Positions 18,693-28,395 of a stretch of DNA of 64,000 nucleotides are shown here, one piece after another. How positions within the stretch are numbered: position 1 is the first letter of the stretch; each line of letters begins with the position of its first letter. The DNA is from an uncultured bacterium (GTDB taxonomy: Bacteria > Patescibacteriota > Patescibacteriia > UBA9570 > XYC2-FULL-38-9): contig CALKUP010000002.1 of assembly GCA_937996685.1 (NCBI GenBank), positions 113,066 through 177,065 on the forward strand. Direction: 5' to 3'. Under the pieces are notes generated by a model, which saw only the letters and a list, made by a program, of their open reading frames with translations, was not told where the DNA came from and ran no database searches. A program made the translations under genes and the position numbers.

Positions 18693-18790
18693 CGAACGGG
18701 ACTGCAAAAAATTGCTGTTTCGACGTTTTTTGACGGAACGTTTTTTTTGCTTTATTCTGAATCAAGTATTCACTATTGTAACGATATTCT

Positions 18791-21202
18791 ATGTCACATG
18801 AACTCACTGGTTTGCGTCAAAAAGTCTTCTTAGATCGATATGCGCGGAAAGATGAAAAGGGGAATCCGATTGAAAAAAGCCCCAAAGAAATGTGGAAACG
18901 GGTAGCAAAAGCCATTGCCGAAAATGAAGCAGAAGACGTTCGTCCACAGTGGGAACAAAAATTTTATTCAGCACTCGAAGAATTTAAATTCGTGCCAGGT
19001 GGTCGTATTTTGACCGGTGCGGGTGTTGATCATGAATTGACATTTTATAATTGCTATGTGATTCCGTCTCCAGAAGATAGTCGGGGCGGTATTTTTGATT
19101 CCGTACGTACGATGGTGGAAATCATGTCTCGCGGTGGTGGCGTTGGTGTGAATTTATCATCAATTCGGCCGCGTGGTGCGCATGTCAAAGGCGTGAGCGG
19201 AACAGCCTCTGGTTCAGTGTCATTTGGTGGTCTCTATTCATTTGCAACCGGTCTTGTGATTCAAGGCGGGAGTCGTCGTGGAGCGTTGATGCTGATGTTG
19301 AATGATGATCATCCAGATATCGAGGAGTTTATCACCGTGAAGCGCACAATGGGCCTGATTACAAATGCGAATTTATCTGTGGCAGTTTCGGATCGTTTTA
19401 TGGAAGCAGTCGAGGCTGATGCAGATTGGGATTTGCAATGGCATGGCAAGGTCTACAAAACAGTGAAGGCTTCCTATTTGTGGAATTTGATTTGCGAAAG
19501 TGCGTGGGCATCTGGCGAGCCGGGTGTTGTGTTCATGGAGCGATATAACAAAGAATCCAATAGTTGGTATTTTGAAAAAATTATTTCTGTGAACCCGTGT
19601 GGTGAGCAAGGTTTGGGTGCGTGGAATGTGTGCAATCTCGGAGCGATTAATCTCTCTGCGTTTGTGGATGATTACGGCGTGATTGACCGTGAAGGGTTGC
19701 AAGAGACGATTCGGACAGCAGTGCGGTTTTTGGATAATGTAATTGATACAACTCCATATTTTTTCCCAGAAAATAAAGAAGCGCAATCGAATATTCGACG
19801 CACAGGTCTTGGAACAATGGGCTTGGCTGACGCGTTGATTAAAGCGAAAATTCCATACGGCTCTGCAGAAGCGGTTGCGTGGTGTGATGATATCTACAGC
19901 ATGATTCGAGATGAGGCGTATCGAATGAGTGCGGAAATTGCAGAAGAGAAAGGCGCGTTTCCAAAGTTTGATCGCGAGAAGTTTTTGCAAGGTCGTTTCA
20001 TCCAGCGGTTGCCGGAAGATATTCGAGAGTTGATTTCAGAGCATGGAATCCGTAATGGCATGTTGCTCACACAAGCACCAACTGGAACAACCAGTATTTT
20101 AGCCGGTGTGTCATCAGGCATCGAACCAGTCTATGATTTTGCATTTAAACGCAAAGATCGGTTAGGTGAACACATTGTCTATCATCCATTATACGAACAA
20201 TGGAAAAAGCATAATCCTGAAGCAACCGATGACAAACGTCCACCGCATTTTGTGTCCGCCAAAGAATTGTCTCCATTGGAGCATGTGCAAATGCAGGCAG
20301 TCGCGCAAACGTACACTGATTCATCTATTAGTAAAACAGTGAACGCGCCAAATGATCACACAGTTGAGCAAGTGAAAGAGTTGTATATGCAAGCCTATAA
20401 AATGGGTTGCAAAGGCATTGCATATTATCGAGACGGATCACGTGATGTCTCTGTGCTTGAGTCACTTGATGCGAAGCCAAAAGTAGCCGAGGCAGTTACA
20501 GTACCTGAAGAAAAGGCGCAAACAGTGAAAGTTCCAGTTGAGGCAGCAAGTGCTGTGCAGCAGAGCGCGCCACAGTTGCCGTCAATGCCGACTCCAGCAC
20601 CGCGTCCGGACGTCGTGGCTGGCGCGACCTATAAAGTGAAAACAGGCTACGGCACAATGTATGTCACGATTAATCACGATGAAGCCGGTAAGCCATTTGA
20701 GGTGTTTGCAACGATTGGAAAAGCCGGCGGCGTGTTTCAAGAAGAGTCAGAAGCGATTTGTCGTTTGATTTCATTGTCATTGCGATCAGGAATTTCTGTT
20801 GAAGCAGTAATTGATCAAATCAAAGGCATTCGTGGTCCAATGCCGACATGGACGAAAAACGGGCAAGTCCTCAGCGTTCCAGATGGCATTGCGCAAATTT
20901 TGCAACAACATCAAGCCAGTGCGAATCCACAATTACAGCTGCAGTTTGCCAGTAGTGCAAAACAGTTGTCAGGGAACGGAAAAGACCGTAGTGCAACAAC
21001 AGTTGCTGCTGCTGATACTGACGCTCCGACATCGTCTGCGGTTGCAGAGCAAGCACATGAGGCCGCTCCAGTGATGCCAACAAAACAACCGTCGATTGCG
21101 GATTCTGGGTTTGCGCCAGAGTGTCCAGAATGTAGTGCGACGTTGACATTGCAAGAAGGGTGCATGACCTGTTTTTCATGCGGATATAGTAAGTGCGCGT
21201 AA
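18791..21202 (+). CDS. nrdJ: Class II (adenosylcobalamin-dependent) ribonucleoside-triphosphate/diphosphate reductase with a C-terminal zinc-ribbon tail
   Basis: Active-site NPCGE, monomeric about 800 aa, C-terminal CPECS...CFSCGYSKCA. Confidence 0.9.
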   Translation: MSHELTGLRQKVFLDRYARKDEKGNPIEKSPKEMWKRVAKAIAENEAEDVRPQWEQKFYSALEEFKFVPGGRILTGAGVDHELTFYNCYVIPSPEDSRGGIFDSVRTMVEIMSRGGGVGVNLSSIRPRGAHVKGVSGTASGSVSFGGLYSFATGLVIQGGSRRGALMLMLNDDHPDIEEFITVKRTMGLITNANLSVAVSDRFMEAVEADADWDLQWHGKVYKTVKASYLWNLICESAWASGEPGVVFMERYNKESNSWYFEKIISVNPCGEQGLGAWNVCNLGAINLSAFVDDYGVIDREGLQETIRTAVRFLDNVIDTTPYFFPENKEAQSNIRRTGLGTMGLADALIKAKIPYGSAEAVAWCDDIYSMIRDEAYRMSAEIAEEKGAFPKFDREKFLQGRFIQRLPEDIRELISEHGIRNGMLLTQAPTGTTSILAGVSSGIEPVYDFAFKRKDRLGEHIVYHPLYEQWKKHNPEATDDKRPPHFVSAKELSPLEHVQMQAVAQTYTDSSISKTVNAPNDHTVEQVKELYMQAYKMGCKGIAYYRDGSRDVSVLESLDAKPKVAEAVTVPEEKAQTVKVPVEAASAVQQSAPQLPSMPTPAPRPDVVAGATYKVKTGYGTMYVTINHDEAGKPFEVFATIGKAGGVFQEESEAICRLISLSLRSGISVEAVIDQIKGIRGPMPTWTKNGQVLSVPDGIAQILQQHQASANPQLQLQFASSAKQLSGNGKDRSATTVAAADTDAPTSSAVAEQAHEAAPVMPTKQPSIADSGFAPECPECSATLTLQEGCMTCFSCGYSKCA

Positions 21203-21211
21203 TACACGAAT

Positions 21212-22213
21212 ATGGATATAGATACAGTACTGAGCGATGTGCGCGCCATCATCGGCGATCAGCGCGCGTTGCTTTATGAAAAAGAGTTAGCGACATTACC
21301 GACACATCGAGAGGTGTTGCATGCGGCGATCGCACGATTACCAAAAGAGCATACGATTCTGTTTGTTGATAATTCAATTCCGTTAACGGACGCAGAGCAA
21401 GCAGCGCGCAGTGTGGTGAGTAAAGCGCAACACGCAGCGCATGCGATTTCGGAATGTACAACGCCCGGAAACACGAACACCGCGCAACGCTTAAAAAGCA
21501 TGTTTGGATATGAAGACGAGTCAGATCCGCGCGCAGTCGTGTGGCACGCGCCATTTGAAACACCGGTGATTTCCTTGGATAACGTGGATGCAATTATTTT
21601 GTCAGGCTCGGGTGCGATGGTGACAAGCTGGGAGTCGACAGATTGGATGCAGCGTGAAATGGCTGTGATTCGTGAAGCGGTTGAACGCAAGATTCCAATT
21701 CTCGGGATCTGTTTTGGTCATCAAATTATGGCGCAAGCGCTCGGTGGTCGAGTTGATTGGCTCACTGATGTGACAGGGCAACGATTTATGGAAATCGGCC
21801 CAACCACAGCACAGCTGACAGAGGCTGGAATGAGCGATCCGTTATTTGCTGGATTTGATGCGTCGTTCACGGTTCAGGCGACACATTCGCAAGAGGTCGT
21901 TGAGATTGCTCCTGAGGCAATTCTTCTCGCGACAAACGAGGCAAGTCCAATGCAGGCATTGCGTTATGGCACCAATCCTGCCTGGTCATTGCAAAATCAT
22001 CCAGAAAACTCACAAATTTTAATGGATATTCGGATTCATGAAATGGAACAACTGTTGACTGAGCGATTCGAGAAGCTGCCGAAAGAAACCGCTGCTCTGT
22101 TGGGATATGGCTCATTTTCGGAGTTGGTGCGTCGCTTGGAAGAAATGGACACGACCGCCGCAAAAACCCAGATATTTGCCAATTTCATCAATTTTGTGGC
22201 AGACTACAGATAA
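21212..22213 (+). CDS. Class I glutamine amidotransferase-like protein
   Basis: ILGICFGHQIMAQALGG nucleophile-elbow motif. About 150 aa N-terminal extension of unknown function. Confidence 0.65.
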   Translation: MDIDTVLSDVRAIIGDQRALLYEKELATLPTHREVLHAAIARLPKEHTILFVDNSIPLTDAEQAARSVVSKAQHAAHAISECTTPGNTNTAQRLKSMFGYEDESDPRAVVWHAPFETPVISLDNVDAIILSGSGAMVTSWESTDWMQREMAVIREAVERKIPILGICFGHQIMAQALGGRVDWLTDVTGQRFMEIGPTTAQLTEAGMSDPLFAGFDASFTVQATHSQEVVEIAPEAILLATNEASPMQALRYGTNPAWSLQNHPENSQILMDIRIHEMEQLLTERFEKLPKETAALLGYGSFSELVRRLEEMDTTAAKTQIFANFINFVADYR

Positions 22214-22233
22214 TTGATTTATTAGTATCATAT

Positions 22234-22803
22234 ATGAAAGAGATGTATTCCCAGAAAAAACTGTTTTTTGCTATCGGATTGATTGCCGTCGGCATTGTGA
22301 CCCGTTATCTATTGCGTGATATCCCAAATGTGGAAACAATCACCGCAGTGACAATTGTTGCTGGAAGTCTTCTCGGTGGTGTCTGGGGAATGATTGTTGG
22401 TGTCGCGACAGTGGCTGGTTCGGATATGTTTATCGGCAACACATCAATTTTGTATTACACATGGTCTGCGTGGGCAATGGTTGGTGCTGTGTCGTTGATG
22501 ACGCGTCTGTTTTCGACAACACGCACATCGCGTCGTGTATTGGCAATGACTGGTGTTGGACTTGTTTCAAACCTCGTATTTTTCGCATGGACAAACTTCG
22601 GTGTTTGGCATATTGGCGGTCTCTATCCGCATACTGGTGCAGGTCTGTTGGAATCATATATCATGGCGCTGCCATTTTTGCGTAATCAATTACTCAGTAC
22701 GGTTGTGTTTGTTCCAGCGTTCGGCGCCGCAGCAATTGCGTTGTGGAATGCACAATCAGTTCGCAGAGAGCGCGTTGCCGCTGTCGTAGCAACTCGCCAA
22801 TAA
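22234..22803 (+). CDS. Small polytopic membrane protein (possible ECF-type transporter S component)
   Basis: 189 aa, 5-6 TM helices, Gly/Trp-rich helices. Family assignment is uncertain. Confidence 0.35.
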   Translation: MKEMYSQKKLFFAIGLIAVGIVTRYLLRDIPNVETITAVTIVAGSLLGGVWGMIVGVATVAGSDMFIGNTSILYYTWSAWAMVGAVSLMTRLFSTTRTSRRVLAMTGVGLVSNLVFFAWTNFGVWHIGGLYPHTGAGLLESYIMALPFLRNQLLSTVVFVPAFGAAAIALWNAQSVRRERVAAVVATRQ

Positions 22804-22810
22804 TAGCGTT

Positions 22811-23260
22811 ATGGAAGTAACACTTGATACGATTTTTGGTGAGGTATTGGAAGAATATCCAGAAACAGAAGAAGTGTTAAAAAATTACATGGGTGAGGCA
22901 TATTGTTTAACCTGCCCTGGAAAAATGTTTGATACCATCGGCAATGGTGTATTGTTGCATGGACTGTCAGATCAAATGACGCAATGGTTAATGGAAGATT
23001 TGCAACAAGTGGTTGATGCCTATGAAAACGGAACACCATTTCCGCCGCTGCGAAAGATTGATGCTGCTGGAATTGCTGAGTGGGATGGAAATTTTCAACC
23101 AGCCATTGGAACAACTCCTGCTACAGAAGTAGTGGAATCGGATGAAGCGGAAATTGATACCTCAGGAGTTGATATTGATCATATGTTTGCAGCAGCGATT
23201 AAGGAATTGGAAGCGCAGGAGAAAGAAGATGCTGCTCGTTCGACTCAAGAGCAGGCATAG
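22811..23260 (+). CDS. DUF1858-like (hybrid-cluster-protein-associated redox disulfide) domain protein with an acidic C-terminus
   Basis: N-terminus TIFGEVLEEYPETEEVLKNYMGEAYCLTCPG...LHGL matches the DUF1858 pattern (yPe..evf...G..C..Cp). Confidence 0.45.
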   Translation: MEVTLDTIFGEVLEEYPETEEVLKNYMGEAYCLTCPGKMFDTIGNGVLLHGLSDQMTQWLMEDLQQVVDAYENGTPFPPLRKIDAAGIAEWDGNFQPAIGTTPATEVVESDEAEIDTSGVDIDHMFAAAIKELEAQEKEDAARSTQEQA

Positions 23261-23262
23261 GA

Positions 23263-23268
23263 TATACT
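23263..23268 (+). promoter_or_regulatory. -10 TATACT 7 nt upstream of the prfB ATG (leaderless architecture)
   Basis: TATACT 23263-23268. ATG 23276. Confidence 0.4.
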
Positions 23269-23275
23269 CCATTTC

Positions 23276-24364
23276 ATGATCGAATTACAGGAATTACAGA
23301 ACAAAGTCGCCTCAGCATGGGAGCTTTTGAAGCTTGATGCAGTGGCTTGGCAGATTGCGGAATTAGAAGCGCAGACAACTGCGGCTGGTTTTTGGGATAA
23401 TCCGCAGACAGCGCAAAAAATCACAAAACAACTTGCAGATCTGCAGCGGGATTATGAGCAATGGCGAGCGCTGAGAGATGATATCGCCTCGACAATTGAA
23501 ATGATGGCGGATGCAAAAGAGTTAGCCGACGAAGAGTTGCTTTTGGATATTAAAAAAACAGCTGCCGGGCTTGAAGCGCAATTCGCGAGCATGGAAGAAT
23601 TTGTTTTACTGGCAGGAGAGCATGACGCGCGTGATGCCTATGTGTCGTTTCATGCTGGCGCTGGCGGTGTGGATGCCCAAGATTGGGCAGAGATGTTGTA
23701 TCGGATGATTGTGAAATATTGCGAGCTCAATGATTGGAGCGTGGAGCTTATTGACGAATCAAAAGGTGGGGAAGCGGGGTTGAAGTCCGCGACATTACAT
23801 GTCACTGGGCGATATGCCTATGGCTTGCTCAAGTCTGAACACGGCACGCATCGGCTGGTGCGTATTTCACCGTTTGACGCCGAAGCCATGCGCCACACCA
23901 GTTTTGCGAATATTGAAATTGTCCCGGATTTTGGTGATGTGGAAGAGTTTGAAATTTCAGAAGCCGAGCTGCGGATTGATGTGTTTCGCTCAGGCGGCAA
24001 AGGTGGGCAAGGGGTGAACACAACCGATTCAGCGGTTCGAGTGGTGCATATTCCAACTGGAACAACAGTGGTGTGTCAAAATGAACGCTCACAACATCAA
24101 AATAAAGCAACAGCGCTCGGGATTTTGAAATCGAAACTCTATGCACTGAAAGTCGCAGAGCAAGAAGCGCAGACAGCGCGTGAGCGAGGTGAAGTGAAAT
24201 CAGCAGCCTGGGGAAATCAGATCCGGTCGTATGTGTTGCATCCATATAAAATGGTGAAAGATCATCGCACGAATTTTGAGTCCGCGCATCCGGACAAGGT
24301 CCTGGGAGGTGAGTTGAAGGAGTTTGTGAAAGCCTATTTGGAATGGATGCAGGGGATGAAATAA
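23276..24364 (+). CDS. prfB: Peptide chain release factor 2, encoded in a single uninterrupted frame
   Basis: GGQ motif SGGKGGQGVNTTDS, HVTGRYAYGLLKSEHGTHRLVRISPFD. No in-frame UGA or +1 frameshift site. Confidence 0.9.
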   Translation: MIELQELQNKVASAWELLKLDAVAWQIAELEAQTTAAGFWDNPQTAQKITKQLADLQRDYEQWRALRDDIASTIEMMADAKELADEELLLDIKKTAAGLEAQFASMEEFVLLAGEHDARDAYVSFHAGAGGVDAQDWAEMLYRMIVKYCELNDWSVELIDESKGGEAGLKSATLHVTGRYAYGLLKSEHGTHRLVRISPFDAEAMRHTSFANIEIVPDFGDVEEFEISEAELRIDVFRSGGKGGQGVNTTDSAVRVVHIPTGTTVVCQNERSQHQNKATALGILKSKLYALKVAEQEAQTARERGEVKSAAWGNQIRSYVLHPYKMVKDHRTNFESAHPDKVLGGELKEFVKAYLEWMQGMK

Positions 24365-24387
24365 CGATTATTTTATATAGATATAGT

Positions 24388-24834
24388 ATGACAAAAAAAA
24401 GACACCAAAACGTTCCTGCTGCGTATTTAGCACTATTCAAAGATAATAAAATTTTGCTTCTCAGACGATACAATACTGGATATGAAGATGGCAATTATTC
24501 AATGGTTGCTGGATATGTTGAACCGAATGAAACGTTTACTCAGTGTGTAATTAGAGAAGCGGAAGAAGAGGCCGGAATAGTATTAAAACCGCAAGATTTA
24601 AAAGTCGTCCATGTAATGCACAGAAATTCTAAAGCCGCTGAAGATAATGAAAGAGTTGACCTCTTTTTTACTGCTGAAAAATGGGATGGGGAGATAGTAA
24701 ATAAAGAGCCCGACAAGTGTGATGATTTATCTTGGTTTGAGGTAGATGCTATTCCTGATAATGTCATACCCTATATTAGGCAAGCAATTGAGGAAATAAA
24801 AAATAAAGTTTATTATAGCGAACATGGATGGTAA
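24388..24834 (+). CDS. NUDIX hydrolase
   Basis: Nudix box REAEEEAGIVL (GX5EX7REUXEEXGU). Strongly AT-rich gene, about 30% GC. The ORF track start at 24343 overlaps prfB, so the ATG at 24388 is preferred. Confidence 0.75.
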   Translation: MTKKRHQNVPAAYLALFKDNKILLLRRYNTGYEDGNYSMVAGYVEPNETFTQCVIREAEEEAGIVLKPQDLKVVHVMHRNSKAAEDNERVDLFFTAEKWDGEIVNKEPDKCDDLSWFEVDAIPDNVIPYIRQAIEEIKNKVYYSEHGW

Positions 24835-24850
24835 TTGAAAACTAAAAAAT

Positions 24851-25558
24851 ATGAAAAAACCAATTACAACTTTATTCATGCTTGTTTCGGTTGATGGCAA
24901 AATTTCAACAGGAAGTAATGATACATTAGATGTTGATAAAGATTTTTCTAAAATAAAAGGACTGAAAGAAGGTCTTCAGCAATATTATGATATTGAACAG
25001 ACAACAGATTTATATTCATTAAATTCTGGAAAAGTTCAAGCGAAAGTTGGCGCAAATAAACCCCAAAAAAATATTGTAAAATTGCCGGTTAGTTTTCTAA
25101 TTATAGATAATAAACCCCACCTCAATACAATAGGAGTAGATAATTTTCTTCAGAAAAGTAAGAAGTTGTATATTATTACGACAAACAAAAATCACCCAGC
25201 TTTTCAAAGAAGGAACGCTGACAATCTGGAAATTATTTATTACGAGAAAGAAATTGATTTTGTTGATTTATTTAGGAAATTAAAAGTGGATCATGGAATT
25301 AAAAAAATGACCATTCAAACAGGTGGGACGCTTAATGCAATTTTTTTGAGAAACAAATTGATTGATAAAATTGCTATTGTAGTTGCCCCAACTGTAATTG
25401 GAGGCAAGGAAACTCCCTCTTTAATTGATGGAAAATCTTTATCTTCTGTTACGGAATTAAGTTTAATTAAAGCGCTGGAATTAACAAAGGTAAAAAAATT
25501 AAAGAATTCTTACCTGTATTTGCAATACAATGTTATTAACGACACAAAAATAAAATAA
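24851..25558 (+). CDS. RibD C-terminal domain / dihydrofolate-reductase-like reductase
   Basis: LVSVDGKISTG N-terminal motif and overall DHFR-like RibD_C architecture. AT-rich. Confidence 0.65.
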   Translation: MKKPITTLFMLVSVDGKISTGSNDTLDVDKDFSKIKGLKEGLQQYYDIEQTTDLYSLNSGKVQAKVGANKPQKNIVKLPVSFLIIDNKPHLNTIGVDNFLQKSKKLYIITTNKNHPAFQRRNADNLEIIYYEKEIDFVDLFRKLKVDHGIKKMTIQTGGTLNAIFLRNKLIDKIAIVVAPTVIGGKETPSLIDGKSLSSVTELSLIKALELTKVKKLKNSYLYLQYNVINDTKIK

Positions 25559-25562
25559 TCCT

Positions 25563-26027
25563 ATGAAATATAAACATACTCAAATCGGATATCTCACGAT
25601 TGTCGTAACTCTCGCTGTTGCGGCGCTTTTTGTGTGGGTGTATGTCGCAGCTGCCAATGAACCGCCGTCAGTTGATTCTGGTTCAAATGCTCTGGTGAGC
25701 GCTGTGATGCTTTTGATTTTCGGCGTCCTCGTTTCCTTTTGCTCTTTGCAAGTAAGGGTTGATGAAACACATCTTCGAATCAAGTTTGGATACGGCCTCT
25801 ATCAAAAAAAGTTTTTATTGCAAGACATCGCGTCTGCCAAGGCGGTGAAAAATCATTGGTATTATGGATGGGGGATAAAAGTGTGGTTCTCACCAAAGAT
25901 GTGGATTTATAGCGTGTCTGGCTTTGATGCAGTTGAAATACTATTGAACAACGGAAAGCGATATAGAATCGGGACAGATGAGCCGAAGGTATTAGAAAAA
26001 ATCATCTCTAATATTAATTTTCTATAA
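25563..26027 (+). CDS. Membrane protein with two N-terminal TM helices and a bacterial PH-like domain
   Basis: Two TM helices, then a segment rich in beta-strand character (LRIKFGYGLYQKKFLLQDI..). Uncertain. Confidence 0.4.
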   Translation: MKYKHTQIGYLTIVVTLAVAALFVWVYVAAANEPPSVDSGSNALVSAVMLLIFGVLVSFCSLQVRVDETHLRIKFGYGLYQKKFLLQDIASAKAVKNHWYYGWGIKVWFSPKMWIYSVSGFDAVEILLNNGKRYRIGTDEPKVLEKIISNINFL

Positions 26028-26103
26028 AAAAGTACTCGCCGTTCGATTTCTCTACTAGGCGAGTATGTGTGGACTGACAGGCTTTTATGCCTTGTGCCTG
26101 AAA

Positions 26104-26310
26104 TCAGCCTACTCTGACGAAACCGAATCTCGTGTCATACCCATATCCAACAAGCATGTTTGATGAGGTGTGGTGGACTTGAGGAGCGAGAGGGGGTTCT
26201 TCTTTGCTGTTGAGTTGCCTGAGCGCCTCCTCGATGCGCTCAGGTGATACTCCAGCCGCTTCAACCTCTTTGATGAGGGTGATCAATCTTCCCAGCTGTG
26301 CCTTCTTCAT
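26104..26310 (-). CDS. Small hypothetical protein (68 aa) with GC3-rich codon usage
   Basis: GGAG 9 nt upstream of the ATG. Helical N-terminus. Codon usage is unlike neighbouring genes. Could be spurious. Confidence 0.3.
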   Translation of the reverse strand: MKKAQLGRLITLIKEVEAAGVSPERIEEALRQLNSKEEPPLAPQVHHTSSNMLVGYGYDTRFGFVRVG

Positions 26311-26435
26311 CCCGTTTTCTCCTGCTGCTGAATAGCAACAATAAATAGTATTCTATTTTATGGATAAGTCAAGAGTGGTAAAAAGAGTCATTTAACAGCC
26401 TCTCTAACTCTGTCTTTATGTGCTGTGTCCGATAG

Positions 26436-26464
26436 TTGATTTTTTGGTTCTATCGCCCTATACT
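26436..26464 (+). promoter_or_regulatory. Sigma70-like promoter TTGATT-17-TATACT upstream of glmS
   Basis: TTGATT 26436-26441, 17-nt spacer, TATACT 26459-26464. glmS ATG 26491. Confidence 0.5.
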
Positions 26465-26490
26465 ACCGCAATACTATTGATTGAAATCCT

Positions 26491-28329
26491 ATGTGCGGAA
26501 TTATTGGATATGTTGGAAAAAAGCAAGCCCAGCCGATAATCATGGACGGCTTGAAGCGGCTGGAATATCGCGGATATGACAGCGCTGGGGTTGCGATTGT
26601 GCAACCAGATGGCGCTATTGGCGTTGCGAAAAAAGCTGGCAAATTATCTGTCCTTGGCGCAGAACTTGTGGCGCACCCGATCACTGGAACAGTTGGCATT
26701 GGTCACACGCGCTGGGCAACGCATGGTGGACCAACAGATGTGAATGCGCATCCGCATGGCGATTGCAAAAATGAAGTCTTTGTGATTCACAATGGCATCA
26801 TTGAAAATTTCCGTGAATTAAAAGCGAGCCTCGAACAAGATGGTCATACGTTTGTGTCTCAGACAGACACCGAAGTTGTCGCGCATTTAATTGAACGCGC
26901 ATACACTGCAGACGTGTCACTGGAAGCGGCTGTGCAAACAGTGCTTGGGGAAATTGTCGGAGCATACGGCTTATGTGTTGTTTCGAGTCGAGAGCCGGAA
27001 AAAATTGTTGCCGCGCGTCTTGGAAGTCCCTTGATTCTTGGTTTGTTGCCGGACAATGAATATATGGTTGCGTCTGGAATGACGGCGCTGTTGCCGTACA
27101 CTCGAGAAGTGATTTATATGGAAGAGCATGAAATGGCAGTGATTACACCAGCTGGATATACACTCACAACAACTGACAACCAAGCAGTGCAACGCGAAAG
27201 TGAGCATGTTGAATGGGATCTCGCGGCTGCAGAAAAAGGTGGCTTCGATCATTACATGCTCAAAGAAATGATGGAACAACCGCAAGTCGTTGTTGACGGG
27301 ATGCGAGGACGCTTGATTCCAGAAGAAGGCATTGCACATCTTGGTGGATTTTTGGAATACGAAGATCGATGGCGTGATATTGAACGTATTATTATTGTGG
27401 CATGTGGCAGTGCGGCGATTGCGGGGCAAATTGGTGAATACATGATTGAAGAATATGCCGGTATTCCTGTTGAAGTAGAGATTGGCTCAGAGTTTCGCTA
27501 TCGCAAGCCAGTACTCAACGACAAAACAGCGGTGATTTTTGTGTCACAATCTGGGGAAACAGCCGACACGATTGCGTGCTTGCGAGAAGTGAAGCGACAA
27601 GGTGTGTTGACGTTCGGTATTGTGAATGTGGTTGGCTCGACGCTTGCGCGCGAAGTCGATGGCGGTGCGTTTATTCATGCAGGACCTGAAGTGTCTGTTG
27701 CATCGACAAAAGCGCTCATGGGAATGATGAATTTGTTCGCGCAACTGACTGTCGCGCTTGGACGCAGTCGAGGAATGAGCCTTGTGACAGGCAAGCGCAT
27801 TTTAGAAGAAATGGAAGCGTTGCCGAAGCTGATGACTGACCTGCTGAATAATCGTGATGTGATTATGGCGCTCGGGAAAAAATACGCACACTATGATCAC
27901 GCGTTTTACTTGGGTCGGAAGTACAACTTTCCAATTGCGAGCGAAGGTGCGCTCAAATTAAAGGAGCTGGCGTATGTGCACGCAGAAGCCTATCCAAGTG
28001 GTGAGCTCAAACATGGTCCACTCGCATTAGTTGATGATCGGTTTTTCACTGTTGTGATTGCGCCAAAAGATTCAGTCTACGAAAAGTCAGTCAGCAATAT
28101 TCAAGAAGTCCGCGCGCGCGGCGGAAAAATGATTGTGATTGCGACAGAAGGGGACGATTCATTACGTGACATGGCAGATGACGTGATTTTTATTCCGAAG
28201 ACATTGGAGATGCTCACACCAATGCTGGCAGTGATTCCGTTGCAATTACTTGCGTATGCAATCGCCGTTGAGCGAGGGTGTGATATTGATCAGCCGCGCA
28301 ACCTTGCAAAATCAGTCACAGTTGAATAA
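26491..28329 (+). CDS. glmS: Glutamine--fructose-6-phosphate aminotransferase
   Basis: N-terminal MCGIIGY (Cys1 nucleophile), two SIS domains, C-terminal ...KSVTVE. Confidence 0.95.
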   Translation: MCGIIGYVGKKQAQPIIMDGLKRLEYRGYDSAGVAIVQPDGAIGVAKKAGKLSVLGAELVAHPITGTVGIGHTRWATHGGPTDVNAHPHGDCKNEVFVIHNGIIENFRELKASLEQDGHTFVSQTDTEVVAHLIERAYTADVSLEAAVQTVLGEIVGAYGLCVVSSREPEKIVAARLGSPLILGLLPDNEYMVASGMTALLPYTREVIYMEEHEMAVITPAGYTLTTTDNQAVQRESEHVEWDLAAAEKGGFDHYMLKEMMEQPQVVVDGMRGRLIPEEGIAHLGGFLEYEDRWRDIERIIIVACGSAAIAGQIGEYMIEEYAGIPVEVEIGSEFRYRKPVLNDKTAVIFVSQSGETADTIACLREVKRQGVLTFGIVNVVGSTLAREVDGGAFIHAGPEVSVASTKALMGMMNLFAQLTVALGRSRGMSLVTGKRILEEMEALPKLMTDLLNNRDVIMALGKKYAHYDHAFYLGRKYNFPIASEGALKLKELAYVHAEAYPSGELKHGPLALVDDRFFTVVIAPKDSVYEKSVSNIQEVRARGGKMIVIATEGDDSLRDMADDVIFIPKTLEMLTPMLAVIPLQLLAYAIAVERGCDIDQPRNLAKSVTVE

Positions 28330-28395
28330 ACTAGTAGTGACACATCATTGACAAGACAAAACACCTCGGCCGCATGAATGCTTTCGGGGTGTTTT

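Noticed and set aside
18791-21202. Possible intein in the 803-aa class II RNR
   Set aside because: No Cys/Ser-then-HN(C/S) splice-junction blocks or homing-endonuclease-like segment seen. The extra length is explained by the C-terminal Zn-ribbon tail and linker.
26311-26490. glmS ribozyme upstream of glmS
   Set aside because: The approximately 180-nt leader lacks the conserved glmS-ribozyme core elements that I could recognise. It contains a clear TTGATT-17-TATACT promoter instead. An Rfam scan would be decisive.
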